Of a DNA stretch of 64,000 nt, positions 12,030 through 26,665 are shown piece by piece. This DNA is from Eledone cirrhosa (lineage: Eukaryota): NCBI GenBank assembly GCA_964016885.1, contig OZ024742.1, positions 64,852,001 to 64,916,000 on the forward strand, written 5' to 3'. The position numbers were made by a program, and so were the translations under genes. Within the stretch, counting starts at the first letter, position 1; each line of letters begins with the position of its first letter. Under the pieces are notes generated by a model. It saw only the letters and a program-made list of their open reading frames with translations, did no database searches and had not been told where the DNA came from.

Positions 12030-13640
12030 AGAGCACAGGAAGAGTACACAGTGGCTGACAAGGAAGTGAAGAGAAACATCAAGAAGGACATGAGACAAGA
12101 GAGACTACATCAACAACCTGGCCAGTCTAACAGAAAAAGCAGCAGGACAGGGGAACCCGAAAGAGCTGTATTAAGTGGCAAAAATGCTAGCAGGAAAATT
12201 CCAGCTGACTGCAAAGCCAGTGAAGGACAAGACTGGGAACTCGTTGACAACAATTGAGGAATAACTGAAAGGATGGGTAGAGCACTTCAGGGAGCTGCTG
12301 AACCACCCCACCCCTAAAGTACCACCAGATATCCCACCAGTAGTGACTCAACTACCCATTAACTGTGACAAACCCTCAAAAGTAGAGATCAAGAAAGCCA
12401 TCCTGACACTGAAAAATGGGAAAGCTGCAGGGCCAGACGAAATACCAGCAGAAGCCATCAAAGCAGACATACAGACAGTTATCAAGATGTTACATAGCCT
12501 CTTCGGTAAGTTCTGGGATAAGGAAGATGTCCCAATCTAGTGGAAGGAAGGGATTATCATGAAACTGCCGAAGAAGGGTGATCTCAGGGACTGCAGCAAC
12601 TACCAAAGGATCATGCTCCTGTCAGTGCCGGGCAAGGTTTCTCATCAGGATACAGAAAGAAATTGTCCCCAAGCTCCAGGATCAGTAGGCAGGATTCCAC
12701 AGGAACAGATCCTGTGCTGATCAGATCACCAGCCTATGTGTCATTGTGGAGCAGACACTGGAGTGAAATTCCCCACTCTACATCAACTTCATAGACTACA
12801 AGAAAGCATTCGACAGTGTGGAAAGAGATACCGTGGAAGCTACTGATGTACTATGGAGTGCCTGGGAAGATTATCTTCCTCATCCAGTGCACTTACCAGG
12901 ACATGAGCTGTAAGATCGCCCACCCAGGTCAACTGTCAAAGAGTCTTGAGGTGAAGACCGGAGTTTGTCAGGAGTTCTAGCTGTCACTGTTCCTCTTCCT
13001 CTGGTCATTGACTGGATAAGGAAAACCACTACAACAGACAGGAATAATGGGTTACAGTGGACACCGTGGACAACTGTATGACCTCAGTTTTGCTGATGAC
13101 CTGACACTCGTCATACAGTTATGACCAGATATAGGGCAAAACCTCACGCTTGGAGATCCCGTCAGCCAGGACAGGGCTCAAGATAAAAAAAAAAAACTTA
13201 GCTGATGAAGATCAACACCACTGCTAACACGCCAGTCATATTGGTGGGGAGACTATCAGAGAGGTGGAGTCATTCGTCTTCCTAGCAAGTGTGGTTGATC
13301 GATGTGGGGGAAACCGACTGAGACATCAAAGCCAGGATTGGCATTGCAAGAGTAGCTTTCATCATGATAAAGAATGCCTGGGCATCAAAAGAGATCTGCC
13401 CAAGAACTAAACTTCACATCGTCAACTCCAATGTGAATGTGGTATTGCTGTACGGATGTGAAACTTGAAGGACAACAAAAAAGCTGCAGCAGAACATCCA
13501 GACATTCTTCAACACCTGTCTGAGGCACATCTACAACATCAAATGGCTGGAGAAGATCAGAAATGAAGATCTGTGGGAGCAAGCCGGACAGGAATCAGTG
13601 GCAAATTCTGCAGAGGAAGTGGAACTGGATGGGAAACATA
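12030..13640 (+). mobile_element. Decayed RTE-clade LINE fragment
   Basis: LKNGKAAGPDEIPAE, NFIDYKKAFDSV, FADD, VLLYGCET motifs across frameshifts. Confidence 0.85.
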
Positions 13641-14079
13641 AAGGACAATACAAAAGAACAAGGACAGTGGGAATTTACATAAAAACAAGTAAAAAGAAGA
13701 AATATGGTAACAATTAACAATAAATAACAGAACTCCACAATAGGGGGAACATCACCCAGGGTAGTTTAGGAACCTCACAGTTCTGAAACCACCCTAATCA
13801 CCAAGAGTACTCTAGGAAGGTGCACTCTCTCCTCTCAGAACTCTCCAGCATACAGGCACATACTCAGAGTAGGCTCATTCACTCAGGCCATCTTTATTGC
13901 ATTCATCCATATTTTAATATATGTACTACAAAATATCTAATGAAGAATAATGGAAAGTTAAAACAAATAACCATGAAATATGAACAAAACAAAATATAGT
14001 TTTCTATCCTTAAGGGAAGCCAACAAATTCAAAATAGAAGTCACTAGAAATACATAATGAAGCAGAATACAGTAACTGC

Positions 14080-14610
14080 AGAATATGTGGTAATGGAAAA
14101 AGAAATAATTGATCACATTATCTCTGACAGTCCAGTCTTAGACAAAAAAGAATATATTCACTGATATGCTAGGATGGGGATTTACATACACTGTAAGTTA
14201 TGCCAACACTGTGAAATACCAATAGAAGAAAGGTGGTACAAACATACACCAGAAAAGTTGTCAGAGAATGACAAAGCAACTTTTCTCTGGGATATACCAA
14301 TACACACAGACAGGGAGATGAAAGTCAACTGACAGGATATTAAAGTTGAATGCCACAAATAAAAAATGCCTTCTAATTGATATATCACTCCCCACTGATG
14401 ACAACATATCCATCAAGGAAATGGAGAAATTATCCAAATATAAAAATCTAGAGATAGAAATAACCCTAATTTGGATGATGAAAACAAAAATAATCTCTAT
14501 AATAATAGGTGCTCTGGGAATGATAAAAATAGATACATAAGCAATACATAAGCAAAACCCCAGGACTTACAAATACATACACTAGGCACTGCACACTTAT
14601 TACAAAGTTT
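14080..14610 (+). mobile_element. Decayed RLE-type (R4/Dong-like) LINE 3' fragment
   Basis: WDIPIHTDRE, CLLIDISLPTDDNISIKEMEKLSKYKNLEIEI, IIIGALG. Confidence 0.75.
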
Positions 14611-17600
14611 AATTGTAATACAATTGAAATAACAACACTGCACATATCCAAAGCATGCAGAGCTGCATTTGGTAATGCAGTAACAACACGCAATACAAAT
14701 ATGACTAATATTATTAATAATAAGGATCATTAGTTGAAATAATTAGTTTAATCTGTGTAGCAACTAATGGGCATTGGGATTACAGCCAGTTGATATAGAA
14801 CTGCGCAGATATGCATATATGTATTTGGAAGATGTTAAAGATTTCTCAATATAAATTTGAGACTGTATATCCCGATAGACACAGTTGTTTTGTTGGAGAA
14901 TTAAATTCTAGTTAAGCAGTTGTTTTTGTTTTGTTCATGATGACATCAATGTATATTTGTTTACAACATCTATTTTATTATAGACTGATTAGTAACATGA
15001 CCGACTCACTCCACATACTGAATCATTGTCTTGTTGGGAGTGTATGTTTTAGTACATGCTGTAAATTTCAAACTCAAGGCAGATAGGTTGCATGCAGTTT
15101 TTCATGCTAGTGTTTTTTTTAAATTAAAAAAACTGTGACATGTTGGCAAGTATATACAGCAGATAGGATTGCATCACAAAGACTGTCCTTCTCTTCAGAA
15201 CCAGAAAATATTTTAACCCCCACAATTAGTGATCCTCTATTAAACACAGGTGAGATTACTGCTCCAGTATCTGGGATGATGATGTTGTTGCACACATAGA
15301 CATCTGAGACAACATCCAGAGAAATGCCACATCTCTAACTGGCATAAAATTACTCACAGACATATTCCAACTTCTTGCTTACAGATGTGTTGCCTCCTCT
15401 CATGTCTTTTCTACTGCTACTAAATGGTCTATACTTCTAGGACCTGGCTTGCCTCATGTCACCTCCACTCAAGTACTCCTGGCTTATTAGTCTGTCCTCC
15501 TCTTGCAACCCATCTTGTGTCCACCCAACTCCTAGACCCAGGGCCAGATTTAGACCTTGGGGCCCTTCATACATAAAAAAAATTAGAATACACACAAAAC
15601 TCCCAATTTTACATATTAAAGTTGGCTAAGCAAGTAATTAGAATTGAAAAGTTATAGATACATGTATTAAATTTTAAAAAATCTAACCATCTTTATTTTA
15701 TGTTCACTTTCCACACTGACATATGTTGGAGAGTTGGTCACAGTCCGAGACCAGACATATCAGAGTGACTTCATCTTGCTCAGACATTATATATTTAGCA
15801 TGGTTTCTATGGCTGGATGTCCTTCGTATGGGCACTGTGATGACATACAGCATTCCTTGGGTGTTTTAAACCTAGCAGAGCCCATCCCCTGTCCAGGTCT
15901 GAACACAGCCAAGTTCTTTCAGAGAAAGAGAGAGAGAGTGCAAGAGAGGAAGTGGAAAAGAGATAGAGTTCTTTTTTTATCAACCATGAAAGGATGAAAG
16001 GCAAAATTGATTTAGAGTATAGAGAGCTGAAACAAATACCGCAAAGCATTCTATCTGACGTTCTAATGTCTCTGTCAATTTGTAGCCTCCATAGGCTATT
16101 CATGAATTTATTCACTATCTTTTATCTATTTATATATACTAGGATTTTTTCAACATGCTGATGCGTATGTGTATATGTGTATGCATGTGTGTATATGCAT
16201 ACATTTATATGTATGAGTATATAAATATAAACGCGCACTAGACACAAAAATACACTCACAGACATACATTCACACAAATACACATACATTCATACAAACA
16301 CACATACATCCGTCTAACCCATGCTAGCGTGGAAGATGGACGTTAAACGATGATGATGATGATGATTCACACAAACACACGCACACATACATTTACACAA
16401 AAACATACATACACATACACTCACACACAGCATAGCAAATGAAACACCAGCCGCTGTTTTGCTATAGTTTTTTTACCATCCCCTTCCTTCCTTTTACACA
16501 CATAAATTCACACAAACATACACACACACATTGTGTGACAGACAGAAGTCGCTCAAATTTATATATAGATGGAGGCATAGAAAACATATATCACTCTCAC
16601 CTGTTCATGATCACAAAACCTGCTAGAAATAGCAGCTAAATCTATAATCTGTTAAATACAAATAAACAGTTAAGAGTGTTATCATTATCATGATCATCAC
16701 CATATAATGTCTATTTCCCATGCTTGCATGGATTAGATGGGTTGTCATGTTATGAGGCTAGACAAGTCAGGTGACTGTGTATTCCTCATACGATCCATTT
16801 TGGTCTTAGTTTTCTATGGCTGGATGTCATTCCTAATGCCAACCACATTACAGCATGTAATAGGAGCTTTTTTTTTATAGTACCAGCACAACCACCTTAC
16901 AGGATGGACAGGGTGCTTTTTTTGTCATGGCACCAGCACTACTACCATACAGGGTGGACTAGGTGCATTTTGTCATGGCACCTACAGTGAGGAAGAGCAA
17001 GAGACTTGTCTCGGGGGTGGCTTTGAAGAGAGTGAGTTGTGTTTATTAGTATATTGTGGAGGCTGTCCAATAATTTAGAATTTTAATAATATAATCAGCT
17101 TTTTCATCATCACTGAAGTTAATTACTCAGTCATCATCTTCGTGAAAAACAATAGTAAAGTTAATGTTAACATATTTAATTTAGTGAGCATCACAAATCT
17201 GATTAGCAATATTTATGCAGTGAAGAAAAGACAACATTAGTTTAATGACTAATAATATTTTTATTATTTTGGCAAGTAGAGGCCCTTGTGGCCAATAAAT
17301 GAAATCATTATTTTGGCAAGTAGAGGAGACAACTCTTGACATGCTTCAGTATTTTAGAACTTCCTGATGCAGATGATGATGATAATATTAACACTGCTTT
17401 AATATATTAACACTAGCTTAGCTATTGTTTTTTTATGCAAATGAAATTTCAGGATAATTAACTTCACAGATTTATTTTTTAAATATGCTAATTTTCATGT
17501 CTACTTATGTACATAAGCGTATTGGTTCTATCATTTTTGGGGGTGCAGACATTTCATAATTTTCCGACAAAAATGACTAATTTTCCAACAAAAATTTTTA

Positions 17601-17837
17601 TGCATGCTAGTTATTATTATGACATCTTTATTCATTATTATATTGTACATATTTTATTATGTTTTGTGTAATTAAAATAAACTGGCATTTGAAAAATTTT
17701 CTGACAAAACCAAATTTTCTGATAACAACTTTTTTGGGTGGTGTAGCTGCACTCCATGCATCCCCAACAACGCACCTCTGCTTATGCATAATATTCTACA
17801 TCTATTTAATGATACATTCATTATTAAATCAATGTGA

Positions 17838-18022
17838 AGGGCAGTGGATTGGCAGAATCAGAAGAGCATTGGACAACATGCTTAGCAACATAGAGTTGCG
17901 TTCTAAGTTCAAATCCTACTGAGGTTAGCTTTGCTTTTCATCCCACGAATGCACTGGGGTCAATTTAATCAACTTTCTCCTCTCCCAAAATTGTTGGCCT
18001 TGTTCCTAAAACAGAAACCATT
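17838..18022 (+). mobile_element. tRNA-derived SINE (Nin/Deu-like central domain), decayed copy
   Basis: Matches TSD-flanked copy at 35854-36040. Confidence 0.7.
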
Positions 18023-20204
18023 ATCAAACCCACAAGTACAGTGAAATCTATACACTGTTGAGGAGTTCTAATAAGACTGAAACACATTTGGGGCTTTCTG
18101 CACATAACAAATAGTTAAAAAATATTAATCATTGAACTATTGTCTTTTTCTCACTGAATAAGTATTTCAAACTAAATGTTCAGTTTATTAGCTTAACTTT
18201 TTACCATATTAAGTTGATGTTCAGAACATAGCCTAACAAAAAGTTCTTACATAAAAGTATGATGTTAGGTTTCAGTTTAAATACAAGTTCTTTAAAATGG
18301 GCAGTTTTATATCATAGAACCGGAGACAGTTTTAGGTGGGTAAGTTGGTATGGAGAGGCTAAAATTTTGATAAACATATGTAGATAACACACCATCAGTC
18401 ATAGACTATTGAGACCTTAATACAGAGGGTATTAATTTCAGATGGTCAACCAGATCAGTGGGACATCTCCCTTCGACAAGATGAGAAAGAGCAGATACCT
18501 CAGTCTTGTCAGACAAAAACTGGGGCAAGATGTGACTGTCAGCAATATCTAACCTTTCCAATACCCAACCTATAATCGAAGCTGTTTCAACAGTGAGCAT
18601 CCCATCATATATTCAGACATGTTATATGTAGGACTGTATTATTAAATGTGTCCTTACTTTTATTAAGATGTTAAAGTATGATTTTAGTGGGCCTTGTGAA
18701 ATATTGATCATCATAAATCAGGTCATATCACTAAAGTAATAATTGAATATATATTGTATGTAGTACAGGAAACCCCATATATTTACACAAAGTAAATCAT
18801 TAAAAAAACTTGATTGAGAAAGAGAGGGAGGAAATTGTTTAAATTAACACAGACCTAAAGTTTATGATACAAAACTTTAATAAAAGGTTATTTATATGGT
18901 CATGATATAGGTGTCAAGACAAAAGGTCACTTGTGACCTGAGTAACCCAGGTTACCCGTGCCTGACCAAGAGAATCTCTTGTTAGTTCAGTGTTAAGTCA
19001 GCTTTTAGCCACAATTAGGATTAAAGACATGACCTTGTTTTATTCAGTCATAGTATACCTGGGACTACATTATTGAATGTTTCCCTTCTTTCTTTTAAGA
19101 CAATGAACTCCGATTTGAAGGAAATTTGTTTTTTATTTCTGAAGATCAAGTGACCACATAGAGATGCCTTCTTGGCATGAAATTGATAGGAAGAATCATG
19201 TATTTTGTTTGTGTTTTTATTCAAGGTCACCCCATCTATGGTCATGTCATGTTTAGATTTAAAATTTTATAATTATTTTACAATTTCAGGTACCTTTCCC
19301 CAAATAATCTGTTAGTACCTGTTATGACAGCTACACAGACTGAGGTAATGTAGAATATAAAAGGTTTTGTCCATTAAAGAACTGAGTATGAGAGAAAACC
19401 TCACTCTAGATAGGGCACCAGTATATCACAGGTAACATTCCCCAATTGATCAAATGGTACCTATTATTTCTACAATCAGCTAAGTGTACTGAGGCAATGT
19501 AGCAGAAGAAATATAATTTTCCAGAAACAGGCAAAAAGTTAGCAATGGTTAAGAATTCATCATCACTGCAGGCTTTAATCTCACTCCCTTTTGCTAATCA
19601 TAAACTCCACGAGAACCTGGATCAGAACTGACCTGTGGCTAAACAATTCCAATATCATGCCTGGCAGTAAGCCTCTACATTGTCAACCTGGTAGAAATAG
19701 TAGCCAAATCTTCCTCAAATCAGACACTATCATTTAAAACTTAGAAACACCCTGGCTGGTTATTGTCACAACACCTTTGATTATCGTTCTGTTGGATGGA
19801 GCTACACCAACACTACCACAACAACAACAATCTGTTCTACAACATTAGTATAAAGTCAGTACTAAATATGGTTCAGTGGTAGTAATTGGTGAGAAATAAT
19901 ATTTGTTATGTCTTCATCATCTCTTAATCTGTTACTTCCTCCTTTATAATTTCTTTTCCCAGTTATGTTCAGTGATTCTTCTGGCATCTTTAGGCTTTGT
20001 TATTGTTGATATTGTAGCTGTAGTTCTTGTTATTGTTGTTATTCTCCACTAGTAAAACCACTTAGATCTGATGATTCTCACATATATTTATCCAGAAATA
20101 GCCCTGTCCTCCTCCTTTAACTTAATTCTACTTCTATGCATTATCTCTCTCCTTCCAATGGTTCATATATATAGAAATAAATGAATAAATAAGCTATCCA
20201 ACTG

Positions 20205-20811
20205 TTAACCCTTTAACATTTATATTACTCTACACAGTGATACCTCGCAGTACGATTTTAATTCATTCCATGACCGAGCTTATCTTACGATTTATTTGTT
20301 TTACAAATCTTTCCCCATTTAAATTAATTAAAATATAAATAATCCGTTCTAGGCCCCCAAAACCACAAAAAAATCATTTTTGATGGGTTTAAAACAGAAA
20401 AAGGTGCAGTTACAAGGAAAATGACAATTATTTAAACATAATAAAAGAGAATGCAAAAGAAATATGTAAATTGGTTTTATTAATTGTATGAAACTCGCTC
20501 GTATTGCAGATTTCCATTTGTACTACAAGAATAAAATTTGCACGAGCCTCGGCTCATACAGCAAATTACTCGTACAATTGGGGCACTCATACGGCAAAGT
20601 TCTACTGTATTTACTTTATTTACTTTATTGTGGTAAAGGCTTTATCTTACATAATTATTTCACATAATATCGAATCTACAAGACTTTGATCTTATTTATT
20701 TTGAGAACAATACCTTAACATCAGGATGAGTGGCCAGTTACAGCCAGTTTGAACAGAAAGAGTTGAGAGAATTCTGGCCGGATATGGCCAGTTTAAATGC
20801 TAAAGGGTTGA
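20205..20811 (-). mobile_element. piggyBac-like MITE containing a nested Tigger/pogo-like MITE (~20235-20606)
   Basis: TTAA-CCCTTTA...TAAAGGG-TTGA ends; reverse copy of 47140-47365; inner element bounded by cagtgatacctcg / agttctactgta. Confidence 0.65.
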
Positions 20812-21639
20812 ACTTCTACATGCTTGTAGACCACCTCATGTTCAAATCTGAAGTAGATATTAAGCTGTGCTTTTTAAAAAAATAGTTTTTATTCTTGTGT
20901 ACAGACCAGTGGTTAAAATTCTGGGCACTTTCTTACCCAGTTGATACTCGTTGGCTTTGTCTTATTTTTGCTAATAATTATTCTTGTTCTTTTCAAATGA
21001 TATTTTGATATTTTCTTACCGGTGTTGTTTAAATTTGATATTGTACTTCAACTGACAATAACAATTTTGAAATTTAAATACACTAAAACATTATATATCA
21101 GCATAAACAAAAGATTCTTGGCATGGAACTGATATAATTCTTCAACTTTTCTCAAAATTTATGATTTTAAACCAAGGCGTTGATGACTGCAACAATTAAC
21201 TGAGTTATAATGCTCAGTTTAGAAACCAATATTACTCACTCTTTGGAATCTTGACAATAAATGTACTAATGGGTTTAAGATTGATTCTGTTTCCAAGTCA
21301 TTTTAGAAGGTTTATACTTTGGTCTTTCAATTACTTCATACTGGATTTTGCTGTATGTTAATGGGCACCATCTTGCCGAGAAACTGCTTCATATGATTCA
21401 ACTAGAAAATGTCCTTGATTTTGAGCAGTAATGTTGTTTCCAAAATAGCTTCTTTTAGACAATTTTAAGAATATAATATTCTGTTTATAATTTCACTATG
21501 GCCAATACATTTGTTTGGGATTAGTAACCCTTCGTGGTCTGCTAACAACTTTGTTACCACGATTGTGGCTTTGTTGCAACAATTGTGGCTATAATAATAT
21601 TAATAATAATAATGATGTTAATGATGATAAAAATATGTG

Positions 21640-22400
21640 TATCATCATCATCCCTTTACATCCATTTTTCCATACTTGTATGGGTTGGAGAGTTTTTTGG
21701 CAGCACAGCTTCCCTCCACTCATAGTCTTCTTTTGTCATCTCTGTGTGGTTGAGCAATTTAAGATCAGCTCTCATCACTTCAGCTCAAGCTTTCCTTGGT
21801 GTTGCTTTACTTCAATTTCTTTCCAATGGAATCTTTTGTCACTTCTTCTCTCAGTGATCATCATCCATATTCATAACATATCTATACCAATGTAGTCTTC
21901 TTTCTAGCACATTACATCTCTTATACCTAGTTTTTATCTCAGTTCTTCCCTGCTTTGCTGTTCATGCACATTAACATTGTACATCCAATGAAGCATACTC
22001 ACTTCATTTCTCTGTCGCCTTGACATATTCTCTGCATTCACTGTCTCACTACCATGCAACATTACACATTACATGCAGGAATCATACAGTTGACCTTTCA
22101 TTTGTACAGAGAAACCTTTCTTTTTCCATCCTATTCTTATTTATGAAGTTTATCCATCCTATTTTTATTCTAGTTATTATGCTCTCGGAGCAATCTCCAC
22201 TACTGCTAATTTGGTCACTTAGGTAACAGAAGCTATCAACCACTTCAATGGAACCTTCCCAGGACTGGAAAAAAATCATTTCACTGGTACTCTGACTACC
22301 ATCTCTGTACATTTACCTAGAAAGCCTACTTTTTCTACAAGTCAGCTTTCTATCTCAGAATACTTCTTGTGTATCCATGATTTAGAATGTGTATGTCCTG
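21640..22400 (-). mobile_element. Decayed 3' part of RTE LINE (same family as 60200-62968)
   Basis: GSIEVVDSFCYLSDQISSSGDCSESIITRIKIGW; (gat)n tail at left end. Confidence 0.75.
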
Positions 22401-22899
22401 ATCCCAAACCAGTGTTCTCTGCTTAGTTTTCTTCCAGGAGGGTATCACTCCCTTCCAGGACCATGCATACCAGGATCCACCAGATATTCACCTCGGTGGT
22501 AACCCAGAAATTCTAACCATTTACTGTTTTTCTCCCTAAATTTCAAGGGAAAAGAACATAGATATCACTTTTACAGAGAACCACCGAGTGTTTGACAGCC
22601 AGAGATTCACTCTTAAAGAGCACTTAAATGCCCACATAATGTTTGGCTCTTGAGATGTATTCTATGTTGGGCATTTTGTTCTTCAGTGTCCTATCCACTT
22701 TGGTCTGAGTCATTGGCTTCAGCTATCTTGTCTTTGTAGAAACAGATTTATAAAGTAAAGTCATTTTTTTTCAGTTGTTGCTAACACCTCTGGGTGGATG
22801 GCTACATCAACCCATACTTTTTGTATTTTAATTAATTTGCCCATTTGGGCCAAATATGTGTCTTTCTTTATTTGAAATGTTCATTGAGAAATGAGGTCT

Positions 22900-24815
22900 T
22901 TTTTTAATTTATCTTGTGACCTCAGCCTTTGGAAGGTTTGTCATTGCTCCCAGATGCACCCTATCTACATCAGAAGATGCTGTTGTGTCCAGGTTTATGA
23001 GATCAGCAAAGTATTTTCTCCACCTCACGGGGATGTACCTCTCTGAGGAGAGGAGAAACCCTGACGTATTCTTGATAGCAGGCATGAAGCATGACTTCTT
23101 ATTAAGAAGTTGGCAGATCGTCTGCCAGAACATTTTATTTGCTGATCTGAACTCGGATTGTAGCTTAACCCCCAAATCTTACCACTTTTGACACCTTTAC
23201 TGTTTCTGCTGTGACTTTTCATGCCAGCTTGTACTGCAAGTACAAGATGGGGGATTTATTTCCAAGCCAAGCTTTGTATGCCTCCTTCTTTGCTTGGATG
23301 GCATCTTTGACCACTTGATTGAAGTTTCTTTCCTATGCAGTATTTAACAGCTAAAGTAGAAACTGCCGAGCTGAACAGCATCCTCAGTTTGTTCAGGGAG
23401 TTCTCTGAATTTGGATGTAATAGTATCTGCATACCTGTTCCTGACTTCATTATCTGCCACGCTTCCCCCTTTATCCTGTAGGTTGAGCTGGACGATCAAG
23501 TTGCGTGGGCTCTCTTAGCTCAAGGTAGTCTTAGGTTACAGATAACTACAGAATATTGACCTCCTGGAAACTGTTCAGAGACGTGCAACCAAGCGAATAC
23601 CCTCCATCAGGCATCTACCATACTCTGAACACCTTGCTTCCCTGGGCATGGATACATTGAAGCTCTGATGTCTGGCAACTGACTTAGTAGACACCCACAA
23701 AATTATTAACCATCTTGCCAACAATAACCCTGAGCACCATTTTGAATTCCGTGTGTCTAACACCCGTGGGCATACCTACAAAGTCAGAAAACCGCACAGC
23801 TCCCATGACTTTCAGAAACATTTTTTCACACTCAGAATTGCTGAAGCATGGAACAAACTACCTGCATCAGTTGTTAGTTGTCGCTACTCTGCATCCTTTC
23901 AAACCTCCATGCTTCCTGAAATTTGCCAACACTACACCTGATATTCCCCATCCATTCACACGCACACATGTATATCATGACTCATTCATTGTTCACCTCC
24001 CTGATATTTGAACATTATTTTATGTTCTATACATGCACCTTTGATGAGTTGTAGTGCACCTGAGCACTGTACACAATAATTTCATCATTATTATTACATG
24101 GTGATCAGTTGACAATTCAGCCACTCTCGTAACATGAACATCCAGCACAGAATCGAAGAGATCAGAGACAATAACAAAATCAATTATTGATCACTGTCTC
24201 TGATTCCCCTTATACCAGGAATGAAAATGAGTGTTGAGACACTGGTCCTCTCAAGGAAGCCTGTGCAGTGCACTCTACACGTGAGTGGAATTCCACTGAA
24301 GCAGTTGAAGAAATTCAAGTATTTTAGGGCTGTGTTCACGAGTGATGGAAGGCAGGAGGCTGAATTAAGTGCAAGAATTGTAGGAGCTGGTGCAGTAATG
24401 TGCCAACTTCAGCATTTGGTCAACAGAAAAAGGGAGACAAGTGGTCGAAATGGGGTTCCTCTGAAAGGTCTTTGGAGTAACATTACTCAAAAGAGTACAT
24501 AGCTCAGAGATCAGGGAGTCACTCCAGGTAAAGCTGCTACATCTCCGAATTGAGAGATCACAGCTTCGATATTGGTTACAATATCACAGAAAAGAATCGC
24601 TGGACAGATTTTACAGGAAAAGCCTACAGGCAGGAGACCCGGGGGTAGACCCCGAGCAAGATGGTTGGATAACATCCATGAGCTCAGCTGGTCCCACTTG
24701 GGGATCCATCTGGATTAATTGTAGATAGTTGTCTCTGACAGAACCTGCAGGAAGGCATGCTTGAAGACTCTGCTGTCCCAACCCTCACAGGAATAAGTGG
24801 GTGAAAAAGCGAATA
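22900..24815. mobile_element. RTE (Expander/Rex3-like) LINE with inverted 5' segment (-, 22900-24210) and forward 3' segment (+, 24220-24815)
   Basis: Minus: APE end (IDFVIVS...LSTDHH) and linker (FWQTI, RWRKYFADL). Plus: FKYF..VFTSDGRQE, GRRPGGRPRARWLD. Confidence 0.7.
23535..24096 (+). mobile_element. CR1-like LINE 3' fragment
   Basis: LETVQRRATKRIP, NTRGH..K, FFTLRIAEAWNKLP; (ATT)n tail; same family as 34140-34395 and 59765-60197. Confidence 0.85.
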
Positions 24816-24827
24816 ATATAACTTCAA

Positions 24828-25175
24828 TAATTGTTTCTACTTTTGGCACAAGGCCAGCAATTACCCAGTACATTACTGGTACTTTATTTTATCGATCCCG
24901 TAAGGATGAAAGGCAAAGTTAACCTTGGCGCGATTTGAACTCAGAATGGCAAGGGGCATAACTCTATGCATCAAAGCATAGTGGCCGACCCTCTACCGAT
25001 ACTGCCAATCCACCATGGTTTCTAATTTAGACTCAAAGCCAACAATTTTGGAGGGAAAGGAAAAGTTGATTATATCAACCTCAGTATTTAACTAGCACTT
25101 TATTTTATCTCCCTTTCCCTACCACCACCACCAGAGGGATGAAAATCAAAGTTAACTCATCTGGGATTTGAAATC
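24828..25175 (-). mobile_element. Two adjacent Nin/Deu-like SINE copies
   Basis: Reverse complement of 35854-36040 family. Confidence 0.7.
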
Positions 25176-25439
25176 CTAATAGTATAACTCTAACAGTAAC
25201 AGTGGCAGTAAGAAGAAAAAAGTCAAAAACAAATTTTTTTACCAGTCGGAGTGTCACGATGAACTAACTTCAGGATATATTTAGTGGGGGCAAATAGTGT
25301 TCTATAAAATATTTATATAACTACATACAAGAAGAGGGGAGTATAGTTAATAGAAACTTATATATACTCAAATCACTACAAATACTTAAAAGAAGGAAAA
25401 GGTAAAGGCAAGAGCTTTAGGGTCACAGAAGAATGGAGG

Positions 25440-25745
25440 GGGAAGAGAGAGGGTGATGTGCTTTGGGCTAAGGGTGTGGTGGTGTTGGAACTGCACTCCG
25501 TGGACAATGGCCAGCAACACCCGCTGCAACAGCCACCCCACCCCGTGGGGCTTCTTTCTCAGATGGACTGTTAACGTTCCGATCTTGCAGAGAAGCTCTG
25601 CAGTACGGGGCCTGATATGCCTGAGGTCTCAACGGTGACCAGTGTGAAGAAGAAGCAGCTGGACAATCCCCGCTATTTGTTTGTCTTCCTTTCCTCTGCA
25701 TAGTGGGCCATGGAACGGGTGTGTAGCCAAAGCGACTAAATTGGA
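25440..25745 (-). mobile_element. CRE-like RLE LINE extreme 3' fragment
   Basis: GWLLQRVLLAIV motif; similar to 48960-49150 (GWLLQRVSLAILCGNA). Confidence 0.55.
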
Positions 25746-25940
25746 GGTGGAGAATGTGTCACATAAGCATATAATTTGAACCTGAAGTTCAGCATGACTG
25801 ATTATAGATAGTAGTAGTGGTAGTAGAGGTAGTAGAGGTAGTAGTTGTGGTGGTAGGTAGTAGTCACAATAGTGGTAGAGATCTTGACAGTTGTAGTAGT
25901 GACGGTAGTGTTGGTGGTAGCAGCAGCAGCAACAGCAGCT

Positions 25941-25975
<35 letters not shown>

Positions 25976-26602
25976 TGTTGTTGTTGTTATTCAGCTGTTG
26001 CTGCTTAGTTTTATATAGCAGTAGCTGATCGGAAGCCAGCACATAACGTGCAGTTGCTTAGTGATTGAGAGAGAGTAAGAGGGAGTGAAACAGAGAATTA
26101 TTTGCTGAATTTTGTCAGGTAGGTGATAGTACATGTTATTTGTTATACTAACTGCTTGTGTGAATCCACAGATGCTCTCAGCCCCTAAATAACTAACTAA
26201 AGAGGGAATAACTATGTGGTCCCTATTTGTAGACTGGTACAAATAGCAACACTATGTAGCATCAATCACAATCACACCCTACCATCCTTAGACAAAGAAC
26301 AACGTATTAGATAATATAGTTTATGGTATATACTATACTAGAGAAAGAAAATCAGATTTATCATGGCTGAAAATACCTTTGATCATAGGTCAGTTTGATC
26401 AGATATGATTTAGGAGTTAAACTACAAATACAACAACCAAGCAAGCTTTTTAATATGAGTTCCGTTTATATTGTACAAAAATTCTTTGTGATTATATCTG
26501 TTTCTTATCTTTACACATGCAAACTTAAACACACACACCATGCATGTACACACACACCATATCACTCTGTGATTCATACATATGGGGGTGTGTGTGTGTG
26601 GT

Positions 26603-26665
<63 letters not shown>

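Noticed and set aside
13093-13210. CTGATGA matches inside LINE sequence
   Set aside because: Coding-derived (e.g. FADD motif); no stems or GAAA partner
25805-26005. Ser/Tyr/Cys/Asn-run ORFs
   Set aside because: (TAG)n, (CAG)n and (TTG)n trinucleotide repeats
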